A DNA stretch of 64,000 nucleotides, taken from the NCBI GenBank assembly GCA_023129115.1, contig JAGMCR010000002.1, positions 64,001 to 128,000 of the forward strand, written 5' to 3'. This DNA is from Candidatus Iainarchaeum sp. (lineage in GTDB: Archaea; B1Sed10-29; WALL01). Positions 47,776-58,027 of the stretch are shown in pieces (within the stretch, counting starts at the first letter, position 1; the number at the start of each line of letters is the position of its first letter). Below the pieces are notes generated by a model. The model did not search any database. It saw only the letters and a program-made list of their open reading frames with translations, and was not told the origin of the DNA. The translations under genes and the position numbers were made by a program.

Positions 47776-48662
47776 ACCTAAACATTGCTTTCTACGGCCA
47801 GTGGGTCCCACTCGGGAAAAAGTCTTCCGAGACAGACGTATTGCTCGCGAGCCACTCCAGCAGCGAAGGAGTTTTTTCCTACGCCGCCCCCGCGATGTAC
47901 CCCGAAAAAATCCATTCACTAATAATGCCTGCAATGATGTCCAGCGCCGCAGTCGTGCACTACACCCCCGCGCTGGCCGGCGCCGCGCTCGGCGAGACAA
48001 TCGTGCTCCTCGGCCTGCTGCAGAAGCCCGGCTTCTTCGCGGTTTCCGATGACGCGGACCTCGGCACGCTCGACGCAATCACAAAAAGCACTTCCCTGTC
48101 GTCCTGGGCCAGGGTGCCCGACGACGAAACAGCAATCCGCGAGGAAATCAAAAACTTTTCCATTCCTCCGGTTGACGGCCCGACTAAAGTCCTGGTCGAC
48201 GCTTCGTTCGACGTGAAAAGCGTTGGCACCGTCGTGCTTGGCCTAGTCCAAAGGGGCTCGCTCGCGGTATACGACAAGCTGACTGCCTACCCGTCCGGCA
48301 AGGAAGCCACCGTGAAATCCATACAAAAACAAGACAAGAACTTCAAGGCCGCGGAGCCAAACGACCGCGTTGGCCTCTCGCTGAAAGGCGTGTCCGTGGA
48401 AGACGTGCCGCGCGGCACCTTGCTTTCCGCCGAGCCCATTCCAACGGCAAAAGAATTCGAGGTGCGCCCGACTATTTCGCCGCTGGCGAAGGAACTGCCG
48501 CACGACCTGCACTTGTGCCTGGGCTTGCAGTGGGGCGGAGTGCACCTTGACGGAAACAAGATTTCTTCGGAAAAGGAGTGGGCGCTTGACGGAACAGGCA
48601 TTATCGCGCACAACGCGAAGCCGGGCCCACTCCGGGTGCTCGGCAGGGTAGACTTTTTATAG
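47772..48662 (+). CDS. EF-Tu/SelB-related protein with degenerate G domain
   Basis: VDASFDVKSVGTVVLG...VKSIQ...DRVGLSLKG domain II; no P-loop. Confidence 0.8.
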   Translation: MNLNIAFYGQWVPLGKKSSETDVLLASHSSSEGVFSYAAPAMYPEKIHSLIMPAMMSSAAVVHYTPALAGAALGETIVLLGLLQKPGFFAVSDDADLGTLDAITKSTSLSSWARVPDDETAIREEIKNFSIPPVDGPTKVLVDASFDVKSVGTVVLGLVQRGSLAVYDKLTAYPSGKEATVKSIQKQDKNFKAAEPNDRVGLSLKGVSVEDVPRGTLLSAEPIPTAKEFEVRPTISPLAKELPHDLHLCLGLQWGGVHLDGNKISSEKEWALDGTGIIAHNAKPGPLRVLGRVDFL

Positions 48663-48684
48663 CTGGTTTTCTTTTTTTCCTCCA

Positions 48685-49275
48685 ATGCCCGTGCGCGTGA
48701 CGTACATCCTAAAGGAGTCCCTGAACTGGAACATCGTGCTGTTCCCAGGCGTCGTGTTCCACGAGCTGAGCCACTTCGTCATGAGCATTTTCATGGGCTC
48801 GCGCGTGACCGGCGGGCGCTTCTGGGGGGAGAAAGAAGCAGCCATCACGCACGAGGAAGTCCCGGGCATCCGGGGGTACTTGATTTCGTCGGCGCCGTTC
48901 CTGTTCGGCACGCTCGCGGTAATCCTTTTCCTTTACCTCGCGAAGACTGGGACAGTCGGGCTTTCGTACCGCTCGCCGTGGCAGTCGTGGTTCCAGGTCC
49001 TCGTCCTGTACTATCTGGCCCTGTCGATTGCTGCCCATTGCTTCCCCTCGTCCCGCGACGCGTCGAACGCGATGCACAACCTGTCGTCGTTTTATTCCCG
49101 GAAGGCCTCGATGCAGGACGGCGTTGTGCAGGGAGTATTCTGGCTCCTGACAGTCCCCTTCATCTTCTTCCCGCTGTACCTGGGCGCAATGATAATGGGC
49201 GTTTTTTCGACTGTGCGGAATTTGGGGTTTTTGTGGTTCGTGCTCTTGTTTTGGCTGGTTGCCGCCTACCTATGA
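48685..49275 (+). CDS. membrane zinc metallopeptidase (M50-like)
   Basis: PGVVFHELSH, FPSSRD. Confidence 0.75.
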   Translation: MPVRVTYILKESLNWNIVLFPGVVFHELSHFVMSIFMGSRVTGGRFWGEKEAAITHEEVPGIRGYLISSAPFLFGTLAVILFLYLAKTGTVGLSYRSPWQSWFQVLVLYYLALSIAAHCFPSSRDASNAMHNLSSFYSRKASMQDGVVQGVFWLLTVPFIFFPLYLGAMIMGVFSTVRNLGFLWFVLLFWLVAAYL

Positions 49276-49395
49276 CAACCCTTTTCCTGCTACAGGGGCT
49301 TCGCTTGCCTGCTCAACCCCTGAACAGTGGAAAAGCGTTGACGGAAAAGGTTCTTTTATATACTGCTTATAGAATAATACTGCGAGGGATTTGCT

Positions 49396-49692
49396 ATGAC
49401 AGTCAAGATTTACAAGGTGGATTCGGTGAAGGTCACGGTCATTCGCCAGGCGGTCGCGGCCGACCACTGGGCGAGGAATGGCTATACCTTGCGGGCTGGC
49501 CGTGGGCTCGGGTTCGACATCGACCAGTACTTTTTGTACGTGGACGCGCCTGACGAGTTCTTTGAGGCGCACGAGGCCGAGGTCTTGGTTGATGGAGTGT
49601 CCCGCGTGGAAGGCAACGAGTTCGACAACGTCTCGAAGGCAATCAAGAGCGAGGAAGACAGTGTCGCGAGCGGCATCGCGTTGTTCGGGTGA
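49396..49692 (+). CDS. hypothetical protein
   Basis: 98 aa ORF with TTTATATA box upstream. Confidence 0.7.
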   Translation: MTVKIYKVDSVKVTVIRQAVAADHWARNGYTLRAGRGLGFDIDQYFLYVDAPDEFFEAHEAEVLVDGVSRVEGNEFDNVSKAIKSEEDSVASGIALFG

Positions 49693-49822
49693 CTGCTGGC
49701 CCTTTTTATATGGCTGTAGCAACCTTTAATAATGAGTTTTGTGCCTAATGGTATTGGTATATCCGCTGTCGTTGGTTCACCCATTGGGTGAACCGATGAT
49801 GGTACCTGGGGGGAGAGGATAA

Positions 49823-50488
49823 TTGGCAGATAAAGCAGCAGTATTCATAGATTAAGGCTACTTAACGAGGGTGCTTGGCCACTTTGGGTTACAATCTTTT
49901 GCTAGGGAGCCCAAAACCAATCGCTTTGTTTTCGAGAATAAAGTTGATTACGCGAAACTGTGTGACAAAATGTGCGGCTTGGAAGGGGCTAAGCGTTTTA
50001 GGACTTACGTTTACGATGCTGACCCTTACCAGAACAATCCCCCGACGCAGGATGACCGGGATCAATTGAGCGAGAAGCAAAGGTTTTTCAATTGGCTGGA
50101 GGGCTTGCCGAGTTTTACTGTGCGCAAGGGCAAGTGCTTGAAGCGAGAGTTCAAGCAATGCCATGGTTATAAGGTCGGGCATTTTTTGACTCCTTGCTGG
50201 CACATAACACAGAAGGGCGTGGACGTGAAGTTCTCGGTTGACCTGGTTTCTTTGGCTTGGGACAAGAGGATAGACAAGGCCATTTTGGTTACGGGGGACA
50301 GTGACTTTATTCCGGCAATTGAGAACGCAAAGGACGCCAACATGAAGGCAATCATTTACTTTTTGCGGCGTGGCTCCACAGGCATAAACCAAGGCCTGTA
50401 CTACTTGGTTGATGAGCGGCATGAATTTACCCGTGATTTCTTCAGCGATTGCTTAATTGGCCAAAGCACTTGGAAAAAGAATAAATAG
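49823..50488 (+). pseudogene. NYN domain protein with premature TAA at 49853
   Basis: MADKAAVFID*GYL in frame with QKGVDV and GDSDF motifs. Confidence 0.75.
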
Positions 50489-50516
50489 TAAAGAATACAA
50501 ACTCTTTCTCCACAGT

Positions 50517-50634
50517 GCAGGGGTACCAAAGCGGCCAAATGGGATGGACTCAAGCGGTAGATGGAAAATCCGCCCGTCTCTCGGAGATATCCATTGGCTT
50601 AGTGCCTTCGAGAGTTCGAATCTCTCCCCCTGCA
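50517..50634 (+). tRNA. tRNA-Leu(CAA) with ~34 nt intron (50555-50588)
   Basis: GCAGGGG/CCCCTGC acceptor, ATGGA/TCCAT anticodon stem split at 37/38, long variable arm, GAGAG TTCGAAT CTCTC. Confidence 0.92.
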
Positions 50635-50801
50635 CTCAGCCCCTTGGGGGGCGCAGCCCCCCACTGAGCTGGCGTGCATCCCCCCAGGTGAGTGGGTAAG
50701 GGCTCGCTTGCGCTCGCGGTTTTTGTCTCTGGGAATCGCTAGATTCCCAAGCCTAACGTGCCGCCTTAGTTTAAGGCGTTATAATCCCTTCCCCTGCACT
50801 C
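50635..50801 (+). mobile_element. mini-cassette C4 ending in a tRNA-Leu 3' repeat (50783-50801)
   Basis: Homologous to C2; AATCCCTTCCCCTGCACTC versus tRNA AATCTCTCCCCCTGCACTC. Confidence 0.78.
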
Positions 50802-50872
50802 TACTCTTGAGGGTGAAATCCCACGGCTTTAACCGAAAGTATTATATATCATATGATTATATGATATACCAT

Positions 50873-51418
50873 ATGTTGAAGCAGTGGGAAAAGTTCAGGG
50901 GATGGAAAATCCTGGAATACTTTTTGGAGAGCCCGACATCGCAGATATACATAAACAAGTTGTCCCGACAGCTTGGGGTAAGCCCCCAAACAGCAAACAC
51001 CTACCTCGAGATGTACGCAAATGATGGAATACTAAAGAAGAAAAAGGCCGCAAATGCCTCGTTCTATTCGCTAGATAATTCCCTACCCCGTGTCAAGAAG
51101 CTGAAACAATTTTACTCCCTTGCCCTACTAAACGAAGTCAAGTTCGTTGAGAAAACATTGAAAGAAAACCCTGAAACAAAGTCAATAATTCTTTACGGCA
51201 GCCACGTTACTGGGGAATACGATGAAAAAAGCGATTTGGATATTCTTATTATTTCTCCCAACAAGAAGAAGCCGATGAAGGCAATCAGGTCGCTGAAAAA
51301 GGATGTGACACTAGGCGTTTATTCACTTGCCGAATGGCGAAAGGCCAGCAAGGAATTCAAGGAATCGGTCGCGAAAAATCATGTTGTGCTTTACGGCACG
51401 GGACTAGTGATGAAATGA
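50873..51418 (+). CDS. HTH plus minimal nucleotidyltransferase (MNT antitoxin)
   Basis: LYGS..TGE...SDLDIL. Confidence 0.88.
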   Translation: MLKQWEKFRGWKILEYFLESPTSQIYINKLSRQLGVSPQTANTYLEMYANDGILKKKKAANASFYSLDNSLPRVKKLKQFYSLALLNEVKFVEKTLKENPETKSIILYGSHVTGEYDEKSDLDILIISPNKKKPMKAIRSLKKDVTLGVYSLAEWRKASKEFKESVAKNHVVLYGTGLVMK

Positions 51419-51837
51419 AAACAGCGGCAGAATGCTTTGAAGAAGGAAAGCTAAAGAAAACCAAGAAAGAAGCAGAACAAGTAGAAAATTCAGTAGGGCA
51501 AGCAGAGCACTACCTCGGTCGCGCTGTAGGGGTCCTCAAATCAGAATTCCCCGACGTATCTTTCTTAATGTCGTACAACGCCATGTTCCACGCCGCAAGA
51601 GCGTTGCTTTTCAGGGACGGGGTAAAAGAAAGAAGCCACTACTGCATGGTACAGTACCTTCGCGAAAAGTACCCTGGACAAGAAATCAGCCAATCCATCG
51701 AAATACTTGACAATTACCGTCTTGACCGCCACAAAGTCCAGTACAGCGGAGGCAATTGCACTCACGAAGAAGCAGAGCAAGCAATAAAAGACGCTAAAGA
51801 ATTTATCACACTCGTCAAAAAAGCAGTCCAAAAATAG
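51415..51837 (+). CDS. HEPN domain protein
   Basis: YNAMFHAARALL, SH, RHKVQY; ATGA-coupled to MNT. Confidence 0.88.
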   Translation: MKTAAECFEEGKLKKTKKEAEQVENSVGQAEHYLGRAVGVLKSEFPDVSFLMSYNAMFHAARALLFRDGVKERSHYCMVQYLREKYPGQEISQSIEILDNYRLDRHKVQYSGGNCTHEEAEQAIKDAKEFITLVKKAVQK

Positions 51838-51864
51838 CGCTATCCCCACCAGTTTTAGATAACG

Positions 51865-51968
51865 CTTCCCCCGCACCACAGCCCCTTGGGGGGCACAGCC
51901 CCCCACTGAGCTGGCGTGCATCCCCCAGGTGAGTGGGTAAGGGCTCGCTTGCGCTCGCGGTTTTGTTT
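51865..51968 (+). repeat. tRNA-Leu-like 3' end plus truncated mini-cassette C5
   Basis: CTTCCCCCGCACCA then ~85 nt nearly identical to 50637-50725. Confidence 0.8.
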
Positions 51969-51983
51969 TAGTCCGCCTGCCCC

Positions 51984-54509
51984 CTACTTTTTCCTGGTCC
52001 AGTAAAACAGCGCCGCCGCGCCAATGACGACTACCACTCCCAGCAGCCACAGCGGCAGCCCCGCCCCCTCTGCCGGTGGCACGATTGCCGCTGCCTCGGG
52101 CTTCAGTGTCGGTTCCGGAGTCGGCTCCACCGTTGGCTCTGGCGTTGAAACCGGCGCCGGCGGCGTTGCCAGAGGCACTTCCGCGTAGCCTTGTGTGAAC
52201 AAGACCGGCGCGGTCACTTCACTCCTGACATTGTTCCGGTTCACGTAACTCTCCGTCGTGAAGCGAACAACTTTCTCCGTGCCCGCAGCGAACTCGCCAA
52301 ACACAATTGTGAACACGGGGTCCGAGTTTGTGACTACAACCGTGGCCCCGCCCGCGTCAACCGAAATGCTCGAAGCGCTCGAGGCGAACGACTTGGGTAT
52401 GTCGATTACAACAATCTCGCCCTCCAGGCCCTCCTCGCCGGTGTAATCAATCACCAGGGTGAGCTCGGACTCACTCCCACTCACGTGGTCAACCTCTATC
52501 GTGGCAGTAAAGTGCTGTGACACTTGCCCAGACAACGCTGCAATCCCCTCGAAATCCTCCCTACTCACGCCCGCGTCCTCCAGAGCGCTCTGGACATTTT
52601 CATCGGTCTGCATCAATTCAAGCAACTCTTCCGCCGTCGCGTCAAACGAGAACTCGGTCTCGTAGCCGTACGACGGTGCAGGCCCTGCCGATGGGGTGTC
52701 AGAAGACCCGCGTGTGGGAGTGCTCTTCGAGGGCGCCGGGGCAGGCGCCGCCGGTGGGGGAGACCCAAACACGCCGTAGCCAGAGAAGTGCGTCGAGTTC
52801 GCCCACACGTAGTTCGCAGTGGTGTTCACCCCGCCGTTCGGTGGGTCGAACGTCTCCCACGTGTCCGAAGTCGCGTTGTAGTACTCAATCGCCAGCGAGC
52901 TCTCCTGCAGGCCGGCGGCAGTGACTTCCGCGTCCGTGTAGTAAATCTTGATTATCACCCAAGACATGTTCCCGGCCTCGCCAGTCGTGTTGAACTCAAC
53001 CCATGTCCCCAGCTTCGTCAGTGAATACCCCGAGACACCGCTCGGCACGTCGTCGTACGTCTTGATGGTCAAGGTCGCGTTATAGCCATTGGTGGAATGC
53101 ACTTCCGTCGAGAAGCTCGTGGTGTTCACTGTCTGGTTGCCGCCAGCCGGGATGCCCAGGGTATCCTGCAGGTAGCCCGTCTCGTCGCCCGTAAAGTTGA
53201 CTTCTTCCCCACCAATCGTCACGGTGCAGCTCGTCGCAGTCATGCTCCCGCCGAGCGTCGATACCCAGCCGTCCCCAATCGCAATGTTGTTGTTCCTGCA
53301 GACAATGTCGTCGGTTATCCTCCAGTACACGCTCTTTTCCATGCCGCCCTCGTACAAGCCGTACTTCCCGTTGTTCTCGAAGTTGCCGTTGTACATGTCA
53401 ACAGTGCTGGAAATCAGGTAAAGGCCAGTTACCGCCCTCCCCTGGTTGTCCGTGAAGTCACTGTCCCGCAGGATGAGGCTCGTGCTCACGATGCGCATTC
53501 CCTCCCCGTTGCCGTAGAACCCGCTGTCCTTCACCTCGGCCTCTCCCGAGTTGCCGACAGTGTCCATGTACACGCCGTAAATGGTGTTGTTCCTGAAGTC
53601 GTTGTTGTTTATCAGCAAGTCATCCGTGTCAACCAGGTAGAGCCCAATCTCGTTCCAGTTGACGTCGTTCCCCCTGAAGACGGCATCTTCAATGTCATTT
53701 CCGTACACGCCATAATCTGTGTTGCCGCTGATGTTGTTGTTCCTTATCGTGGCGTTGTAGCACCCCCTCCTGCTTGTAGTCATGTATATGCCATAGCCCG
53801 AGCCGTCAGTGATGTTGTTGTTTTTTATTGTCACGTGGTCAGACTCAATCATGTAAACCAGGTATTGGCTGCCGCCGTTGTTGTCAATGTGGTTCCCGTC
53901 CAGCAGGGTGCTGTCGCTGCCGTCCTGCATATTGACGGCGCAGCGTGTGTTGTCGTGGAGGTACACCCCGGTTATGGTGTTGCCCGTGGAGTTGCCCTCC
54001 AGCAAAACGCCTGCATGGCCCAAACCATTAATCCGGTTGTTGTACATGATTTTCCCGCCGCCCACTGTGTTGCCACTAGAGTTTGTCATCCTAATGCCTG
54101 ATTGAGTGTTGTTCGTGATGTTGTTGTCTTCCATAGTGTTGTCGTCCACATTGGACAACTGGATACCGGTCGCATATTCTGATATACAGCAATTCTTTAC
54201 TGTGACGTTGTCCGCCATCACCGTGATGCCGGTGTTCGCGTCTCCGCCCACGATTCCATAGCCGTCACAGTCAAGCACGACGTTCGCTGCGGAAACAATG
54301 AGCCCGTTGTCGCAGTTGGTCAGGTTGTCAGACGCGTTGAAGACCCTGCTTTCATTAAGGTCGATGGCCCCTGCCCCGCAGTCGCAGGGAATGTCCCCGC
54401 CGCAGTTCGTGGGGACCCACGCGCTCGCGCTGGCCACAAGCAACAGCAAAAAAACCACGGCCCCCCCAATTGTATTGCAATAACCATTATACTTCATAGT
54501 GTTCACCAA
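51984..54509 (-). CDS. secreted beta-helix (NosD/pectin lyase-like) surface protein with C-terminal TM anchor
   Basis: N.I..N...GI repeats, HFSGYG, Pro-rich linker, TM plus RKK. Confidence 0.85.
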   Translation of the reverse strand: MVNTMKYNGYCNTIGGAVVFLLLLVASASAWVPTNCGGDIPCDCGAGAIDLNESRVFNASDNLTNCDNGLIVSAANVVLDCDGYGIVGGDANTGITVMADNVTVKNCCISEYATGIQLSNVDDNTMEDNNITNNTQSGIRMTNSSGNTVGGGKIMYNNRINGLGHAGVLLEGNSTGNTITGVYLHDNTRCAVNMQDGSDSTLLDGNHIDNNGGSQYLVYMIESDHVTIKNNNITDGSGYGIYMTTSRRGCYNATIRNNNISGNTDYGVYGNDIEDAVFRGNDVNWNEIGLYLVDTDDLLINNNDFRNNTIYGVYMDTVGNSGEAEVKDSGFYGNGEGMRIVSTSLILRDSDFTDNQGRAVTGLYLISSTVDMYNGNFENNGKYGLYEGGMEKSVYWRITDDIVCRNNNIAIGDGWVSTLGGSMTATSCTVTIGGEEVNFTGDETGYLQDTLGIPAGGNQTVNTTSFSTEVHSTNGYNATLTIKTYDDVPSGVSGYSLTKLGTWVEFNTTGEAGNMSWVIIKIYYTDAEVTAAGLQESSLAIEYYNATSDTWETFDPPNGGVNTTANYVWANSTHFSGYGVFGSPPPAAPAPAPSKSTPTRGSSDTPSAGPAPSYGYETEFSFDATAEELLELMQTDENVQSALEDAGVSREDFEGIAALSGQVSQHFTATIEVDHVSGSESELTLVIDYTGEEGLEGEIVVIDIPKSFASSASSISVDAGGATVVVTNSDPVFTIVFGEFAAGTEKVVRFTTESYVNRNNVRSEVTAPVLFTQGYAEVPLATPPAPVSTPEPTVEPTPEPTLKPEAAAIVPPAEGAGLPLWLLGVVVVIGAAALFYWTRKK

Positions 54510-54586
54510 CTAGCCCTACCTCGAAGGCAGGATATTTAAGCATTCCTCCGGCGAGGCCTAAATGCTTTATGGATTTTTAGGGGCCC

Positions 54587-55990
54587 CTAAACAAAGCCCG
54601 CGACCATTGCCACGCCGAGGAGCAGGATTATTGCCCCGGCCACTAGGTGGAGGTACTTGATGTTCTTGTCCTTCCACTCCGACACGTTCTCCACAGAAGC
54701 CATGCCCTGGTAAACGACGCCGGTTATCACAAGCATCGGGAGCACGAAAATCGCGTTGTAGAGCATGAGCCAGGGAATTGTCTTCAGGAGTTCCATGGCG
54801 GACAGGATGCCGCCCGCAATCACGTACGGCCCAATCGTGCACGGCAGCAGGAAAACAGTCACGAACGCGCCCACAACGAACGCGCCCCTCGGAGAAGTCA
54901 CGCCCGAAATGATTTTCTTCACGATAGGCCTCAGCGACATCGGCATCTCCGTCCCCAAGCCACCCGGCGTGTACCAGAAGAAGTCCTTGAGGTTAAGGAT
55001 GCCGAGTATTATTGCGGCGAGGCCAAGGACTTTGTACAGGATAAGCCTTATCGAGGTCAGCGCCTGGATAAGCTGGAAGAACCGGATTATTATCAGGCCA
55101 TAAATAAGGTACATGACAAAGACAGACACCGTGAACGCCACGCCCGCCAGCAGGACGTTGCGCTTGTTTTTCGGGTTGTAGGTGATGATTGCAATCAGCA
55201 TAAGGCTGAGCACCGCAAGCGCGCAGGGATTGACAGCGTCCACGGCAGCGAGCCCCAGTATCTTCGCAATCGTGAGGTCGGCCGCCGGCCCCTCGCCATC
55301 TTCACCGCCGATAATTGTTGCGTTGGCTTCACCGCCGATGCCCGGGCCGTTCCACTGCAGGTAAGAGCCGTTGATGGCGACGGCGTTGCCAAACTCGACA
55401 CTCTTCCCCGAAAGTGGAATGGGGACCGGCTCCGCAACCGCGTAGTCAACTCCTTCCAGCGCAGCCACTAAGTCTTCCTCGAAAAGCAGGCCCTTCAATA
55501 ACTCGCTCGTGGCAGAGCCATTGAACCTGCCGAAGGCCACGCGGCCGTTAGCCCAGATAGTTGGGTGGCCATCGATTGTGGAGAGATTAAGCTCCTCGAA
55601 GCTGACGGTGCCGGAAAGGAGGGGGCACAGGTTCCCGGCGTGGCCCTCAATCGCGCCGGGGGCGTCCCTGATGAGGGGCGTGTCCCCAATAATGACGTCG
55701 CCTGCCCCAAAGACAAGGGTTGGGATGCCATAGCCGGAGCCGTAAACAGAGCTGTACCCGTAGAATATGATGGCGTTGGACTGCTTTCGGTATATCTCGT
55801 ACTCAATAACCACCAGGTCGGGATAGTCCCCCACGAACTCCTCGAGGACAACCGGGTCTGCCCTGGAGCAGTGCGGGCAGCCCACGCCCGTGAAGTACAC
55901 AACACACGTCTTTTCAGCAGCCACTGCAGGAACAAAGAACAGTGAAAAAAGCAGCAGTGCGAAAAAAAGCTTTTTCATGGCCATACCCAC
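54587..55990 (-). CDS. thioredoxin-like plus CcdA/DsbD-type membrane protein
   Basis: CPHC, DAVNPCA, LPCTIGPY. Confidence 0.85.
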   Translation of the reverse strand: MGMAMKKLFFALLLFSLFFVPAVAAEKTCVVYFTGVGCPHCSRADPVVLEEFVGDYPDLVVIEYEIYRKQSNAIIFYGYSSVYGSGYGIPTLVFGAGDVIIGDTPLIRDAPGAIEGHAGNLCPLLSGTVSFEELNLSTIDGHPTIWANGRVAFGRFNGSATSELLKGLLFEEDLVAALEGVDYAVAEPVPIPLSGKSVEFGNAVAINGSYLQWNGPGIGGEANATIIGGEDGEGPAADLTIAKILGLAAVDAVNPCALAVLSLMLIAIITYNPKNKRNVLLAGVAFTVSVFVMYLIYGLIIIRFFQLIQALTSIRLILYKVLGLAAIILGILNLKDFFWYTPGGLGTEMPMSLRPIVKKIISGVTSPRGAFVVGAFVTVFLLPCTIGPYVIAGGILSAMELLKTIPWLMLYNAIFVLPMLVITGVVYQGMASVENVSEWKDKNIKYLHLVAGAIILLLGVAMVAGFV

Positions 55991-56009
55991 TAGTTTTCTT
56001 AGTGATTAT

Positions 56010-56582
56010 TTAAACTGTTTTCGGTTTTGTTCTGGAAAGCACTTCGCAGTCACCGACCAAAACGCTTTCCATTCCGGGGTTGTAGGTCACGGTGGCGGGG
56101 TGGTACATCGGAACTATTGTAAAATGGTGCTCCAGCGTGTCCACGCGGAAGGCCTGGCCGTGGACCAGCCCAATCCTCTGCGGCCTCATGCCAAACTTTT
56201 CCATGGCGTATGCCGTCGCGAAGTTCCCGAGCGTGCAAACCACTTCCGGCTTGATTGCCTTGATTTGCCTGTCCAGGTAAGGGGTGCATGCCTTGATTTC
56301 TTCTGGGAGTGGGTCCCTGTTGCCCGGCGGCCTGCACTTCAATATGTTCGTGACGAAGACCTCGCTCCTCTCCAGGCCCGCGGCCGCAAGCATCCTGTCA
56401 AAGACTTTGCCCGCGGCGCCAATGAATGGCTTTCCCCTCAAGTCCTCGTTCCGGCCCGGCGCCTCGCCGACGAACATGATTCTAGCATTGGGGTTTCCCT
56501 CGCCGGGGACCGCGTTGGTCCTTGTCTCCCAAAGGCCACACTTTTTGCAGCCACGTACTTCTTCAGCAATTTTTTCAGTCAC
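56010..56582 (-). CDS. udg: uracil-DNA glycosylase family 4
   Basis: CKKC, GEAPG, KCRPP.NRDP, HPA. Confidence 0.93.
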   Translation of the reverse strand: MTEKIAEEVRGCKKCGLWETRTNAVPGEGNPNARIMFVGEAPGRNEDLRGKPFIGAAGKVFDRMLAAAGLERSEVFVTNILKCRPPGNRDPLPEEIKACTPYLDRQIKAIKPEVVCTLGNFATAYAMEKFGMRPQRIGLVHGQAFRVDTLEHHFTIVPMYHPATVTYNPGMESVLVGDCEVLSRTKPKTV

Positions 56583-56746
56583 TCAAACACCTGGGGGGGC
56601 AGATTTATGCCAGCCGCGGGGGCAAACAAGCCCCAACAGCCTTAGGACGCGAGAGATATAAATATTCTCCCAGAAAACAGCGGTCCAGCGCCACAAAATG
56701 ACAAGCTTTTTATGGATGGGGCACAAAAACAATCCAGGTGCATCCT

Positions 56747-57142
56747 ATGAAAGAGTTTGTTGTTTCTGTCACTGACAGAATAGGCGCAATGCGCGACGTC
56801 TTTAGGGCAATTGCAGGCGCAGACATAAACATTAAGGCTGTTTCAACTGAAGTGTGCGGCAAGGAGGGGCAAATCAGGATTATTACTGATGACCCTGACA
56901 AGACAGTTGAAGTCCTTGAAAAAGAAGGCTTCAAGTTTGCAGAGAACGAAGTAATAACAGCGTCACTGGAAGACAAGCCCGGCCAGCTCTTGGAGTGCAC
57001 TGAAAAGCTCGCAAATAAAAACGTGAACATCAGGGCGGCTTATACAATTGGCAGAGAGGGCGACAAAATAGTAGTTGGTTTTGTAGTCGACAATGTGGCA
57101 GAGGCAAAGAAAATATGCTACCCCGGCCTCACGCACCCTTAG
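56747..57142 (+). CDS. tandem ACT domain protein
   Basis: DRIGAM...INI and DKPGQL...VNI. Confidence 0.85.
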   Translation: MKEFVVSVTDRIGAMRDVFRAIAGADINIKAVSTEVCGKEGQIRIITDDPDKTVEVLEKEGFKFAENEVITASLEDKPGQLLECTEKLANKNVNIRAAYTIGREGDKIVVGFVVDNVAEAKKICYPGLTHP

Positions 57143-57160
57143 AATGTTCTGCCCTGAATG

Positions 57161-58027
57161 CTATGAATGCCCCAAGTCTTCAAAAACCAGTGCCAGCAAA
57201 TCCTGGAACAATGGCTCAAGCCCCGGCTTATAGACAACCGGGGGGGTGAGCTGGACAATGGCCTCGACAAAAGCCCTGTCGTAAGGTATTTCTGCGAGGA
57301 CTCTTAAGCTGTTTTTGCTCGACCACTTTTTGATTTTTTCTGTGAACCCGGGGTTCAGGTCGGCGCGGTTAATCACCAGGCCGCACGGAATCCCGAAGTG
57401 GCGCACCACCTGCAGCGCGCGCTTCAGGTCCGACAGCGCGGAAGGCGTCGGCTCCGTCACCGCAATTACGTAGTCGCTCCCGACCACGGACGCAATCACC
57501 GGGCAGCCAATCCCCGCCGCGGAGTCAATCACCATGACGTCGTGCGGGACTTTCTCAGCGCGTTCCTTGACAAGAGCAACAATGTCCCCCGAGCCGGACT
57601 GGCCCATCTTGAGCCACCCACCCACCACTGGAAAATCCTTTTCCGCGGTGCCGACCCAGCCGTTCTCCACGGGCTCCAGCTCGATGGCGTCCACTGGGCA
57701 CACCAATTGGCACGCGCCGCACCCCTCGCACAGCAAATCGTTGAACACCGGGCCGTCGTCCCACGAAATCGCGGAAAAAACGCACGTGTCCACGCACTTG
57801 TGGCACTTGATGCACTTGTCGGGCAATAATCTTGCTTTCTCGCCCGTGCTCACGGGCTTGCCATCGAAGTCCTCCCTGTGCAGGCCAAGGCACAGCCCCA
57901 GGTTCGGCGCGTCCACGTCGCAGTCCACGGCCACGACTTTCCTCTCGCGGGCCAAAAGCACGGCGAGCGACGCCGCGATGCTGCTCTTGCCCACGCCCCC
58001 CTTGCCGGACAAGACGTTGAGCTTCAT
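57161..58027 (-). CDS. MinD/ParA-like ATPase with 4Fe-4S ferredoxin insert
   Basis: SGKGGVGKS, two CxxCxxC clusters, GIGCPV, VTEPT. Confidence 0.9.
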   Translation of the reverse strand: MKLNVLSGKGGVGKSSIAASLAVLLARERKVVAVDCDVDAPNLGLCLGLHREDFDGKPVSTGEKARLLPDKCIKCHKCVDTCVFSAISWDDGPVFNDLLCEGCGACQLVCPVDAIELEPVENGWVGTAEKDFPVVGGWLKMGQSGSGDIVALVKERAEKVPHDVMVIDSAAGIGCPVIASVVGSDYVIAVTEPTPSALSDLKRALQVVRHFGIPCGLVINRADLNPGFTEKIKKWSSKNSLRVLAEIPYDRAFVEAIVQLTPPVVYKPGLEPLFQDLLALVFEDLGHS

